Virus record (IMG/VR): IMGVR_UViG_3300037704_000239
Span: 1 to 38,999 of that record
Length of the DNA: 38,999 bases
Source of the DNA: a virus
Taxonomy: Duplodnaviria > Caudoviricetes
Strand: one strand, 5' to 3'
Part shown: positions 1-8,860 of the stretch, one piece after another
How positions within the stretch are numbered: position 1 is the first letter of the stretch
Layout of the letters: the number at the start of each line of letters is the position of its first letter
Made by a program: the position numbers and the translations under genes
Notes under the pieces: model-generated
Seen by the model: the letters and a program-made list of their open reading frames with translations, nothing else
Told to the model about the DNA's origin: nothing
Database searches by the model: none

Positions 1-103
1 GCCATGCCTTCGCGGCATCGGCGGCGAGGTCGTTCTCGAGATGGTCGATGGTGCCCCAGAAGCCCCAGGCCTCGTTGCGGGTGGGCAGGATCGTGGCGGT
101 CAT
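1..103 (-). CDS. Small phage hypothetical protein, N-terminal part (runs off the window)
   Basis: ATG at 103 with AAGGAG RBS upstream; MTATILPTRNEAWGFWGTIDH... stays open to the window edge; divergent from the terminase genes. Confidence 0.6.
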   Translation of the reverse strand, partial: MTATILPTRNEAWGFWGTIDHLENDLAADAAKAW

Positions 104-167
104 CGGTCTGGCTCCTTGGGTAGAGTTGCATCGTCCGTGTGCGAGGCACGTTCGCTCGACGTGCGGG

Positions 168-186
168 GCTTATCAACTCAATAAGC
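168..186. promoter_or_regulatory. Palindrome GCTTAT-N7-ATAAGC in the divergent intergenic region upstream of the packaging genes
   Basis: Perfect 6-bp inverted repeat in an AT-rich island; candidate operator or packaging-related site. Confidence 0.35.
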
Positions 187-217
187 GTCTGTTTTTGAAT
201 GATAATCGGAGCGCGCG

Positions 218-778
218 ATGCAGGGCATGAGCGAGCGCCAGTACGCCGCCCGCGTAGGGCTCTCGCGCGGGGCGATCCAGAAGGCGAAGACCGCGGGGCG
301 GCTGGTCCTCCACGCCGACGGCAGCATCGAAGCCGAGGCCAGCGATGCCCGCCGTGCCGAAACCACCGACCCGTCGAAGACCAGGAAGGCGCCTGCATCG
401 AAGCTGAAGCCGGTCCCGGAGGCGGCCGTCACCGCCGTCGGCGACACGCTGCGCGAACAGGGGCTGGCCGCACCGGTGGTGGGCGGCGGCACCACCTTTC
501 TGCAGGCCAAGACCGCCAACGAGGTGCTGAAGGCGCAGGAGCGGCGCATCCGGCTCTCGAGGCTGAAGGGGGAATTGATCGAGCGCGCCCGGGCGCTGGC
601 GCTGGTGTTCCGGTTGGCGCGGGAGGTGCGGGACGCATGGGTGAACTGGCCCGCGCGGTCGGCGGCACTGATGGCGGCAGAACTCGGCGTCGAACCGGCC
701 GCGATGCAGAAGGCCTTGGAGAAACATGTACGCGCCCACCTCGACGAACTTGCCGAGGTCCGGCCCGACTTCCGGTGA
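218..778 (+). CDS. Terminase small subunit-like (Nu1-type) DNA-packaging protein
   Basis: N-terminal HTH (SERQYAARVGLSRGAIQKA), coiled C-terminus with KGELIER; directly upstream of and overlapping the large terminase; GGAG RBS. Confidence 0.75.
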   Translation: MQGMSERQYAARVGLSRGAIQKAKTAGRLVLHADGSIEAEASDARRAETTDPSKTRKAPASKLKPVPEAAVTAVGDTLREQGLAAPVVGGGTTFLQAKTANEVLKAQERRIRLSRLKGELIERARALALVFRLAREVRDAWVNWPARSAALMAAELGVEPAAMQKALEKHVRAHLDELAEVRPDFR

Positions 779-2717
779 TGATGGACTGACCGACTTCGAC
801 GGCGCGGGCGAGATCCTGCGCGCCTGGGGCAACGGGCTCCGGCCCGACCCGGACCTGACCGTCTCGGAATGGGCGGACCGGCACCGGATGCTGTCGGGCC
901 GCGCCTCGGCGGAACCCGGGCGGTATCGCACGGCGCGCACGCCCTACATGCGCGAAATCATGGACCGGCTGTCGCCCGGCGACGCGATGCAGCGGATCGT
1001 GTTCCAGAAGGCGGCGCAGGTCGGTGCGACCGAGGCGGGGAACAACTGGATCGGCTTCGCCATCCACCAGGCGCCGGGCCCGATGCTGGCGGTCCAGCCG
1101 ACGGTGGAACTGGCCAAGCGCAACTCGCGCCAGCGGATCGACCCGCTGATCGACGAGAGCCCGGAACTGCGGGACCGGGTCAAACCGGCACGCTCGCGCG
1201 ATGCTGGCAACACCATGCTGTCGAAGGAATTCGCGGGCGGCATCCTGATCATGACGGGCGCGAACTCGGCGGTCGGGCTGCGCTCGACGCCAGCGCGCTA
1301 CATCTTCCTCGACGAAGTCGATGCCTATCCGGCCTCGGCCGACGAGGAAGGCGATCCGGTCACTCTGGCCGAAGCCAGGTCGCTGACCTTCGCGCACCGG
1401 CGCAAGGTGCTGCTGGTCTCGACCCCGACGATCCGGGGGCTCAGCCGGATCGAGCGCGAGTTCGAGGCCAGCGACCAGCGCCGGTTCTTCGTGCCGTGTC
1501 CGCATTGCGGCCACGCGCAATGGCTGAAGTTCGAGCGTCTGCGCTGGCAGAAGGGCCGCCCGGAGACGGCGGAATATCACTGCGAGGGCTGCGAGCAGCC
1601 GATCGCCGAGCACCACAAGACCGCGATGCTGGAGGCGGGCGAATGGCGGGCAACCGCCGTTGCCGCCGATCCGACCACGGTCGGGTATCACCTCTCGGCG
1701 CTCTATTCGCCGATCGGTTGGCTGAGTTGGGAGCGGATCGTGCGCGCATGGGAAGCGGCCCAGGGGTCGGACGAGGCGATCAAGGCGTTCCGCAACACGA
1801 TCCTTGGCGAGACATGGGTCGAAACCGGGGAAGCGCCGGACTGGCAGCGATTGGCGGACCGGCGCGAAGCATGGGTGCACGGCACTGTGCCTGCGGGTGG
1901 GCTGTTCCTGACCGCCGGGGCCGACGTGCAGAAGGACCGGATCGAGGTCGATGTCTGGGCTTGGGGGCGTGGCCTCGAGAGTTGGCTGATCGATCATCTG
2001 GTGCTTGAGGGCGGACCCGGCGATCCGGCTTGCTGGCAACGGCTCGCAGATCTGCTCGGCGGGACATGGGTCCATGCCTCCGGCCAGCACATGACGCTGG
2101 CGCGGCTTGCGATCGACACCGGCTTCGAGACCTCGGCGGTGTATGCCTGGTCGCGTCAGGTCGGCTTCGCACAGGTGGCGCCGGTGAAGGGCGTCGAGGG
2201 CTTCAACCGGTCGAGCCCGGTGACGGGCCCGACCTATGTGGACGCGACGGTCGCGGGCAAGCGGCTGCGCCGCGGCGCGCGGCTCTGGACCGTGGCCACG
2301 TCGACTTTCAAGGCCGAGACCTATCGCTTGCTGCGCCAAGACCGGCCGACAAGGGAAGAACTGGAGGCCGGCGCGGTCTGCCCGCCCGGCACGATCCATC
2401 TGCCGGACTGGGCCGATGGCGAATGGCTGAAGCAGCTGACCGCCGAGCAGCTGGTGACGGTGCGCACGAAGCGCGGCTTCGCCCGGCTCGAATGGCAGAA
2501 GCTGCGCGAACGCAATGAGGCGCTGGACACCCGGGTCTACGCCCGGGCCGCAGCCTGGATCGCCGGCGCGGATCGGTGGCCCGAGGCGCGATGGCAGGAG
2601 TTGGAGCGGCAGCTGGCGGCGCCCGCGAGAGAGCCGGGCCGGACCGGTTCAGCCGCGCCTCGCGCAGATCGGCCGGCGCGGCAACGGCGCTCGGTGCGCT
2701 CGAATTACATGGGGTGA
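726..2717 (+). CDS. Phage terminase large subunit (lambda GpA family)
   Basis: KAAQVGATE Walker A variant, YIFLDEVD Walker B, STPT motif, CPHC/CEGC zinc motif, C-terminal RNEALDTRVYA nuclease motif; exact start uncertain. Confidence 0.95.
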   Translation: MYAPTSTNLPRSGPTSGDDGLTDFDGAGEILRAWGNGLRPDPDLTVSEWADRHRMLSGRASAEPGRYRTARTPYMREIMDRLSPGDAMQRIVFQKAAQVGATEAGNNWIGFAIHQAPGPMLAVQPTVELAKRNSRQRIDPLIDESPELRDRVKPARSRDAGNTMLSKEFAGGILIMTGANSAVGLRSTPARYIFLDEVDAYPASADEEGDPVTLAEARSLTFAHRRKVLLVSTPTIRGLSRIEREFEASDQRRFFVPCPHCGHAQWLKFERLRWQKGRPETAEYHCEGCEQPIAEHHKTAMLEAGEWRATAVAADPTTVGYHLSALYSPIGWLSWERIVRAWEAAQGSDEAIKAFRNTILGETWVETGEAPDWQRLADRREAWVHGTVPAGGLFLTAGADVQKDRIEVDVWAWGRGLESWLIDHLVLEGGPGDPACWQRLADLLGGTWVHASGQHMTLARLAIDTGFETSAVYAWSRQVGFAQVAPVKGVEGFNRSSPVTGPTYVDATVAGKRLRRGARLWTVATSTFKAETYRLLRQDRPTREELEAGAVCPPGTIHLPDWADGEWLKQLTAEQLVTVRTKRGFARLEWQKLRERNEALDTRVYARAAAWIAGADRWPEARWQELERQLAAPAREPGRTGSAAPRADRPARQRRSVRSNYMG

Positions 2718-2719
2718 GC

Positions 2720-2935
2720 ATGGCGAGCGTGGCAGAGTTGAAGACCCGCCGCGAGGCGCTGGCCGCGCAGCGGTCCTCGGGTGTCGCCCGGGTCAGCTAC
2801 GACGGCAAGACGGTGGACTATCGCAGCGTGGCCGAGATCGACCGCGCCATCGAGGCGCTCGACCGCGAGATCGCGGCGGCCGAAGGTCGGCGGATCGTGC
2901 GGCAGATCCGGGTGACGACGGCGAAGGGTCTGTGA
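2720..2935 (+). CDS. gpW-like head-tail joining protein
   Basis: 71 aa, GVARVSYDGKTVDYRSVAEI motif, between terminase and portal. Confidence 0.85.
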   Translation: MASVAELKTRREALAAQRSSGVARVSYDGKTVDYRSVAEIDRAIEALDREIAAAEGRRIVRQIRVTTAKGL

Positions 2936-2939
2936 CGCG

Positions 2940-4475
2940 ATGGGTCTGTTCGATCGCTTCCGCCGTCCCGCGCGGGGCGGCCCGAGGACCATGCGCGCCC
3001 GGCTCGAGGGGGCGATGGCGAAGCGCCGGCTGCGGGGCTGGAACCCGCCGCTCGAGAACATCAACACGCTGGTGGCCTCGGGCGGACCCCGGTTGCTGGC
3101 GCGGTCGCGGGAACTGGTGGTCACCAACGGCTATGCGGCCAATGCCTGCGAGGCCTTTGCCGCCAATCTCGTCGGCGACGGGATCAAGCCCTCGTCGCTG
3201 ATCGAGGACGGGCCCATCCGCGACAGCGTCCAGCGGCTCTGGCTTGCCTGGACCGACGAGGCGGATGCCGATGGGCTGACCGACTTCTTCGGCCTGCAGG
3301 CCATGGTGGCGCGCGAGATGTTCGTCGCGGGCGAGTGTTTCGTGCGGCTGCGCCCGCGCCGGGCGGAGGACCCCGGATCGGGTCCGGGGCAGGTTCGGCT
3401 GACCGTGCCGTTGCAGCTGCAGCTACTCCAGTCGGAAATGCTGCCCTTCGAGAAGATGGAGCTGTTGCCCTCGGGCAACCGCATCCGTTGCGGGATCGAG
3501 TTCGACGGGATCGGGCGGCGTGTCGCCTATCACTTCCGCCGCCGCCATCCCGGCGACAGCACCGACCAGGGCACGGTCATCCCCGAGACGGTGCGCGTTC
3601 CGGCCGCGGATGTGCTGCACGTCTATCGCCCGATCGACGGGGGCCAGATCCGGGGGCTGCCGCACATCGCCCCCGCGATGGTGCGGCTCTTTCTGCTCGA
3701 CCAGTACGACGATGCCGAACTCGACCGGAAGAAGACCGCGGCGATGTTCGCGGGCTTCATCACCAAGACCGCGCCCGAAGAGCCGATGCTGGGCGAGGCA
3801 GAAGCCGATCCCGACGACGCGGCCATCGCCAGCCTCGAGCCCGGCACGATGCAGGTGCTGCTGCCGGGCGAGGACGTGAAGTTCTCGTCTCCGGCCGATG
3901 TCGGCGGCGGCTACGAGGCGTTCCAGTACCGGACGCTCTTGTCGATCGCGGCCTCGGTCGGGCTGCCCTATCACCTGGTGACCGGCGATGTGCGGCAGGC
4001 GAACTATTCCAGCCTGCGCGCCGAGCTGGTCGAGTTCCGGCGCCGGGTCGAGCAGCTCCAGCACGGAGTGATCGCCCATCAGCTCTGCCGCCCGGTCTGG
4101 GCCCGCTGGATGGAGACGGCGGTGCTCGCGGGCGCGCTCGACCTGCCGGGCTATTCGTCAGCCCCGCGCCGCTACCGGGCGGTGCAGTGGATCCCGCCCC
4201 GATGGGAGTGGGTCGATCCCTTGAAGGACATCCAGGCGCAGGTGCTGGCGATGGAGGCCGGCATCACCTCGCGTCGCAAGGTGGTCGAGGCCACCGGCTA
4301 CGACGTCGAGGAAGTGGACCGCGAGAACGCGACCGACGCCGCGCGGGTGGCGGCCCTTGGCCTGCGCTACCGCACCAGCCCGGGCGAGACGCAGGGGGCA
4401 CGGGCGACGCCGGCGACGAAGCCGGACACGAGCGACGGCTCGGCGACGACCGGCCCGGACACCGAACAGGAGTGA
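2940..4475 (+). CDS. Phage portal protein, lambda family
   Basis: RSRELVVTNGYA, GQIRGLP, NYSSLRAELVEF, WVDPLKD motifs; synteny. Confidence 0.95.
   Translation: MGLFDRFRRPARGGPRTMRARLEGAMAKRRLRGWNPPLENINTLVASGGPRLLARSRELVVTNGYAANACEAFAANLVGDGIKPSSLIEDGPIRDSVQRLWLAWTDEADADGLTDFFGLQAMVAREMFVAGECFVRLRPRRAEDPGSGPGQVRLTVPLQLQLLQSEMLPFEKMELLPSGNRIRCGIEFDGIGRRVAYHFRRRHPGDSTDQGTVIPETVRVPAADVLHVYRPIDGGQIRGLPHIAPAMVRLFLLDQYDDAELDRKKTAAMFAGFITKTAPEEPMLGEAEADPDDAAIASLEPGTMQVLLPGEDVKFSSPADVGGGYEAFQYRTLLSIAASVGLPYHLVTGDVRQANYSSLRAELVEFRRRVEQLQHGVIAHQLCRPVWARWMETAVLAGALDLPGYSSAPRRYRAVQWIPPRWEWVDPLKDIQAQVLAMEAGITSRRKVVEATGYDVEEVDRENATDAARVAALGLRYRTSPGETQGARATPATKPDTSDGSATTGPDTEQE
3371..3393. repeat. REP-like palindrome CCCCGGA-TCGGG-TCCGGGG-CAGG inserted in frame in the portal gene
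   Basis: Perfect 7-bp stem; encodes PGSGPGQV; resembles the recalled alphaproteobacterial CCCCGGATCAAGTCCGGGGCAGG repeat. Confidence 0.65.
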
Positions 4476-4481
4476 TGAGCC

Positions 4482-5531
4482 ATGGCAAGCTGGTATGCGA
4501 TCCGCGCCCGGGGAACCGGCGCGGAAGTGGTGATCTATGACGAGATCGGTGCGCATGGCGTGTCGGCCAAGGGGTTCCTCGCCGAGCTCGGCGCGCTGCC
4601 CGAAGGGGCGCCCATCGACCTGCGGCTGAACAGCCCGGGCGGGTCGGTCTTCGACGCGGTCGCGATCCACAATGCGATCAGGCGCCACGAAGGCACGGTC
4701 ACGGTCTGGATCGACGGCATCGCCGCCTCGGCCGCCTCCTATGTCGCGATGGCGGGCGACGAGATCGTCATGCCCGAGAACGCCTTCCTGATGATCCACG
4801 ACCCCGCCGGCCTCGTGATGGGCACGGCCGAGGACATGCGGGCGATGGCCGAGGCGCTCGACAAGGTGGGTGACAGCCTTGCCGCAGGCTATGCCGCGAA
4901 GTCCGGCCGGGCGGCGGACGAGATCGCGGCCCTGATGGCCGCCGAAACCTGGCTCGATGCGACCGAGGCGCTGGCCCTCGGCTTCGCCGACCGCATCGCC
5001 GAGCCGGTGCGGATCGCGGCCAGCTTCGACATCGGCCGGTTCCGCAACGCGCCGCCTGCTCTGGCGGATGCCGTCGCCGCGGAGCCCGAGGCTGACGACG
5101 CGCAGACGGCCGCCAACGCGCAATCGGCCGGGGACGCCGCCGACACGAATGAAACCGACAGCAACTCGGACAGTGAGGCGGAGGATCGCACGGAAGCGGA
5201 CCTCGACGCCGCCCTCGCCCCCGACACCACAACGCCAGCGGGCAGCGACCCGGGCAAGAGCGGAGTATCGGCCGATACGACCGCGATCCGCGCGACGGCC
5301 ATCGCCCATGCCCGCGCCGTCGTCGATCTCTGCCGCCTCGCGGGCCAGCCGCAGATGGCCGGCCGCTTTCTGGAAACTGATGCAGGCCTTGAGGAGGTCC
5401 GCGCCGCACTCCTGGCGGCGAAGGCCGAGGCCGAGCCGGAGATCGCCGCGCACCACCCGCAACCGGGCCGATCCTCGGCCGCCCGTCCCTGGGGCGAGAT
5501 CGTCGCCCGCACCTTCCGCCCGAAAGGATGA
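4482..5531 (+). CDS. ClpP-like head maturation protease with acidic linker and C-terminal scaffold region
   Basis: LNSPGGSVFD, GIAASAAS, LMIHDP, ETWLDATEALALGFAD S14-family motifs. Confidence 0.92.
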   Translation: MASWYAIRARGTGAEVVIYDEIGAHGVSAKGFLAELGALPEGAPIDLRLNSPGGSVFDAVAIHNAIRRHEGTVTVWIDGIAASAASYVAMAGDEIVMPENAFLMIHDPAGLVMGTAEDMRAMAEALDKVGDSLAAGYAAKSGRAADEIAALMAAETWLDATEALALGFADRIAEPVRIAASFDIGRFRNAPPALADAVAAEPEADDAQTAANAQSAGDAADTNETDSNSDSEAEDRTEADLDAALAPDTTTPAGSDPGKSGVSADTTAIRATAIAHARAVVDLCRLAGQPQMAGRFLETDAGLEEVRAALLAAKAEAEPEIAAHHPQPGRSSAARPWGEIVARTFRPKG

Positions 5532-5537
5532 TCCCCG

Positions 5538-5903
5538 ATGACCACGCTCACCGAAACCACCCATCCCGGCGGCTTCCTCGTCTGGGAAGCCTTCCGCGAC
5601 TACACCCGCGAGACCGTGACCGTCGCAACAGGCACGCTCGAGCCCGGCACGGTGCTCGGCAGGATCACGGCGTCGGGCAAATACGCCGCCTTTGACCCCG
5701 CCGCCGTCGATGGCACCGAGACCGCCGTCGCCGTGCTCTGGGGCAAGGCCGACGCCTCGGGCGGCGATGCGCCCGCCGTCGCGCTGATCCGCGGCCCCGC
5801 CATCGTCAACCGCAACGACCTCGTCTTTGTTGGAACGCCGAGCGCCCCCGAGATCGCCGCGGCCCATGCCGCGCTGCTGGCGGCCGGCATCCTCGTCCGC
5901 TGA
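5538..5903 (+). CDS. Head decoration protein (lambda D-like)
   Basis: LEPGTVLG...DGTETAVAVL motif; between protease and capsid. Confidence 0.85.
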   Translation: MTTLTETTHPGGFLVWEAFRDYTRETVTVATGTLEPGTVLGRITASGKYAAFDPAAVDGTETAVAVLWGKADASGGDAPAVALIRGPAIVNRNDLVFVGTPSAPEIAAAHAALLAAGILVR

Positions 5904-5927
5904 ACCAACCCTGAAGGAGGCATCCTC

Positions 5928-6941
5928 ATGGCCACCATGGCCATCTTCGAAGGCGATGCCTTCACCATCATCGAACTGACCCGGGCGCTGGAGAACATCC
6001 CGTTCAAGCCCGCGATCCTGTCGGGCGCGGGCTTATTCTCGCCCCGTGGCGTGCGCGCGCGCACCGTGGTGATCGAGAGCCGTGACGGCACCCTGTCGCT
6101 GATCCCGTTCTCGGAGCGCGGCTCGGCCCACGAGCAACAGGTGCCCGAGCGCCGCGAGACGCGCGCCTTCGTCTGCCGCCAGTTCAAGAAGCAGGACGTG
6201 CTCTGGGCCTCGGAAATCCAGGGCATCCGCGATTTCGGCTCGGAAAGCGCCACCCAGCAGGTGCAGAGCGAGGTCGCCCGCAAGCTCGGCCGCCTGCGCA
6301 CCGATGCCGAGGGGACCTTCGAGTATCATCTCCTGAACGGCCTCCAGGGGGTGGTGAAGGACCCCAAGGACGGCGCGACGGTGATCAACTACTACACCGA
6401 GTTCGCGATCACCCCGGCGGCAGAGATCGACTTCGACCTCGACAACGCGACCCCGGCTTCCGGGGCGCTGCGCAAGCGCTGCCAGGCGCTGATCGAGAGC
6501 GTCGAGGACAGCATGGGCGGGCTCGCGGCCGGCGCGGTGCAGGTCCGCGCCGAATGCGGCTCGGCCTTCTTCGCCGATCTCGTGGCCCACAAGGAGGTGC
6601 GCGAGACCTATCTCAACACCGCCGCGGCGGCCGATCTGCGCGGGCGGGTGGCCGACGAGGTCAGCTTCGGCGGCATCACCTTCCGCCGCTACCGCGGCGG
6701 CGCGGGCTTCGGGGTGCCGACCGACAAGGCGTTCTTCTATCCCGAGGGCGTCGAGGGGCTGTTCGAGATCTATCACGCCCCGGCCGATACCTTCGAGACG
6801 GTCAACACGCTGGGCCTGCCGCTCTACGCCCGCACGATCCCCGACCGCGACCGCGACGAATGGGTGCGGCTCGAGATCGAGAGCAACCCGTTGCCGATCT
6901 GCACCCGCCCGCAGGTGTTGCGTTCCGCACGGCGGACGTAA
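5928..6941 (+). CDS. Major capsid protein (lambda E family)
   Basis: 337 aa, strong AAGGAGG RBS, C-terminal ESNPLPICTRP motif. Confidence 0.92.
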   Translation: MATMAIFEGDAFTIIELTRALENIPFKPAILSGAGLFSPRGVRARTVVIESRDGTLSLIPFSERGSAHEQQVPERRETRAFVCRQFKKQDVLWASEIQGIRDFGSESATQQVQSEVARKLGRLRTDAEGTFEYHLLNGLQGVVKDPKDGATVINYYTEFAITPAAEIDFDLDNATPASGALRKRCQALIESVEDSMGGLAAGAVQVRAECGSAFFADLVAHKEVRETYLNTAAAADLRGRVADEVSFGGITFRRYRGGAGFGVPTDKAFFYPEGVEGLFEIYHAPADTFETVNTLGLPLYARTIPDRDRDEWVRLEIESNPLPICTRPQVLRSARRT

Positions 6942-7252
6942 TGTCGGCCTTCGCCGCCGCCGTCGGCGCGCTCTTCGCCGATCCGAACATCGGCCGGGAC
7001 GCGGTCTATATCGCCGACGGCGGCGCGCCCGTGCTGGTGCGCGTCGTCGCCCGGCGTGCCGACGCCGTCACCGACTTCGGCGATGCGCGGCTCTGGTCGG
7101 AAACCACCCGCATCGACCTGCGCGTGGCCGAGGTGTCGAGGCCGAGGCCGGGTGACCGGATCGAGATCGACGGCGACGCCTTCCTGATTCAGGGCGAGCC
7201 CGTCCGCGACCGCGAGCGGCTGGTCTGGACTGTGGATCTGCGTCCAGCATGA
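6941..7252 (+). CDS. Head-tail joining protein
   Basis: TAATG overlap with capsid stop; PRPGDRIEIDG motif; 103 aa. Confidence 0.75.
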   Translation: MSAFAAAVGALFADPNIGRDAVYIADGGAPVLVRVVARRADAVTDFGDARLWSETTRIDLRVAEVSRPRPGDRIEIDGDAFLIQGEPVRDRERLVWTVDLRPA

Positions 7253-7881
7253 AACTGAAGCTCGACGTCGATCCCGACATCGTCGCGATGATGGCGGCGG
7301 AGGTCGCGGCGGGGGAACGCGCTGTGACGGCCGCCATGCGCGAAGCCGGGACCAGGCTGAAGACCGCATGGCGGTTGCAGATCACCGGCGCGGGGCTCGG
7401 CGCCCGGCTGGCCAACTCGATCCGGAGCCAGAACTTCCCGAGGTCGGGCGAAAGCCTCGATGCCGCGGCGCTCGTCTGGTCCAAGGCCCCGGTCATCGTC
7501 GGTGCCCACGACACCGGTCCGCTGATCCGGTCCAGGAACGGTTTCTGGCTGGCGATCCCGACCGAAGCGGCGGGCAAGTCCCTCCGTGGCGGCCGCATCA
7601 CCCCCGGCGAGTGGGAGCGACGGCGCGGCCTGCGCCTGCGCTTCGTCTATCGCCGGACGGGCCCGAGCCTGCTGGTCGCCGAGGGGCGGCTGAACACGAA
7701 GGGCCAGACGGTGGTCTCCCGCTCGAAGACCGGGCGCGGAAACGTCACCGCGCCGATCTTCCTGCTGGTGCCGCAGGTGAAGTTGCCAAAGCGGCTGGAC
7801 CTCGCGCGGGATGCCGCGCGGGCGCATGAGGCAGTGCCGGAACTGATCGTGGCGAACTGGGTGGAGGAGCGAATGGGGTGA
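7249..7881 (+). CDS. Putative neck/tail-completion protein (DUF6441-like)
   Basis: ATGA overlap, basic 210-aa protein, position in neck module. Confidence 0.65.
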   Translation: MKLKLDVDPDIVAMMAAEVAAGERAVTAAMREAGTRLKTAWRLQITGAGLGARLANSIRSQNFPRSGESLDAAALVWSKAPVIVGAHDTGPLIRSRNGFWLAIPTEAAGKSLRGGRITPGEWERRRGLRLRFVYRRTGPSLLVAEGRLNTKGQTVVSRSKTGRGNVTAPIFLLVPQVKLPKRLDLARDAARAHEAVPELIVANWVEERMG

Positions 7882-7911
7882 ATACACGCAGTGCAGCCGC
7901 TTGGTAGATGA

Positions 7912-8307
7912 TCATTGTAGCCCTGTCAGTACCGGGACGCGACCAAGCGCAATCCATGCCCCGAGCAATCCAAAAAAGACGGACAGAATGTTGCCTAATA
8001 GAAAGACGTTGTACACCGCCCGTTCCTCACCGTGCCATCGCTGCCATTGGGCGGCTACTTTGATTGCAAGCCATACTCCGATCCATGTCGGGAAACCCAA
8101 GAGAATCGCTGTGGTATAAGAGGCACGCTCGCATATGCCTAAAGGAACAGTGAGTAGCCGAGCAGGTTTCCCCCCGCTTGGGAGGTCTTCGGCGACGTAA
8201 GGCCACGCGAGGCGATCGATTAACAGCCATAAGACCACCGCCCCGCCAACGGTGGAAACTAGAAAGCCAATAATGATTCGCAGAGGCTCCAGGGTTGAAA
8301 AGTCCAT
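7912..8307 (-). CDS. Moron: small multi-pass membrane protein (DUF3307 C-terminal-like)
   Basis: Lower GC, opposite strand, GGAG RBS, three or four hydrophobic segments, GICER...K...FLLGNILS pattern. Confidence 0.75.
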   Translation of the reverse strand: MDFSTLEPLRIIIGFLVSTVGGAVVLWLLIDRLAWPYVAEDLPSGGKPARLLTVPLGICERASYTTAILLGFPTWIGVWLAIKVAAQWQRWHGEERAVYNVFLLGNILSVFFGLLGAWIALGRVPVLTGLQ

Positions 8308-8336
8308 ACGACGAGCTCCATGCTAATCAACATATT

Positions 8337-8366
8337 AGGATACAACGGAACGCGTCACAATATCAA
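8337..8366 (-). promoter_or_regulatory. Candidate sigma70 promoter for the membrane moron (TTGATA-18-TATCCT)
   Basis: Hexamers read directly on the minus strand, 30 bp upstream of the ATG. Confidence 0.45.
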
Positions 8367-8416
8367 GCGCTTGCGACGTACACGATGCCTGCCGTTTTCC
8401 TGTGATAGCGAAAAGC

Positions 8417-8836
8417 ATGCCCACCCCCCGCGAAACCATCCTCACCGCCCTGCACACCCTCTTGCAGACGCTGCCCGCCACCGCCCTGCGCGGCGACGTG
8501 TTGCCCGAGCGCGTGCCGGCCGATGGTCTGCTGATCCTGCGCGACGGCGAGCCGGGGGAGCCGGAGGTCACCCTGTCGCCGCTGCGCTACCACTACCAGC
8601 ACCGCGCCGAGGTCGAGGCGGTCGTGCAGGGCGCCGACCGTGACGCCGCCTTCGACACGCTCTGCGCCAGCATCGGCACCGCGCTCGCCGCCGACCGCAC
8701 GCTTGGCGGCCTGTGCGACTGGATCGAGGCGCAGGCGCCGCGCCCCGTAGACCTGCCCGTCGAGGGCGCGGCCAGCCTGAAGGCCGCCGTCATCCCGGTC
8801 GTGCTCCACTATTCCACGGCCGACCAGCTGGCCTGA
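8417..8836 (+). CDS. Putative tail terminator/completion protein
   Basis: MPTPRETIL... 139 aa, DRTLGGLC motif, immediately upstream of the tail tube gene. Confidence 0.7.
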   Translation: MPTPRETILTALHTLLQTLPATALRGDVLPERVPADGLLILRDGEPGEPEVTLSPLRYHYQHRAEVEAVVQGADRDAAFDTLCASIGTALAADRTLGGLCDWIEAQAPRPVDLPVEGAASLKAAVIPVVLHYSTADQLA

Positions 8837-8860
8837 CCCAACCGACCACAGGAGACGAAC

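Noticed and set aside
5085-5290. Acidic low-complexity stretch in the protease as an insertion
   Set aside because: Typical variable linker between protease and scaffold domains; no palindrome or repeat seen
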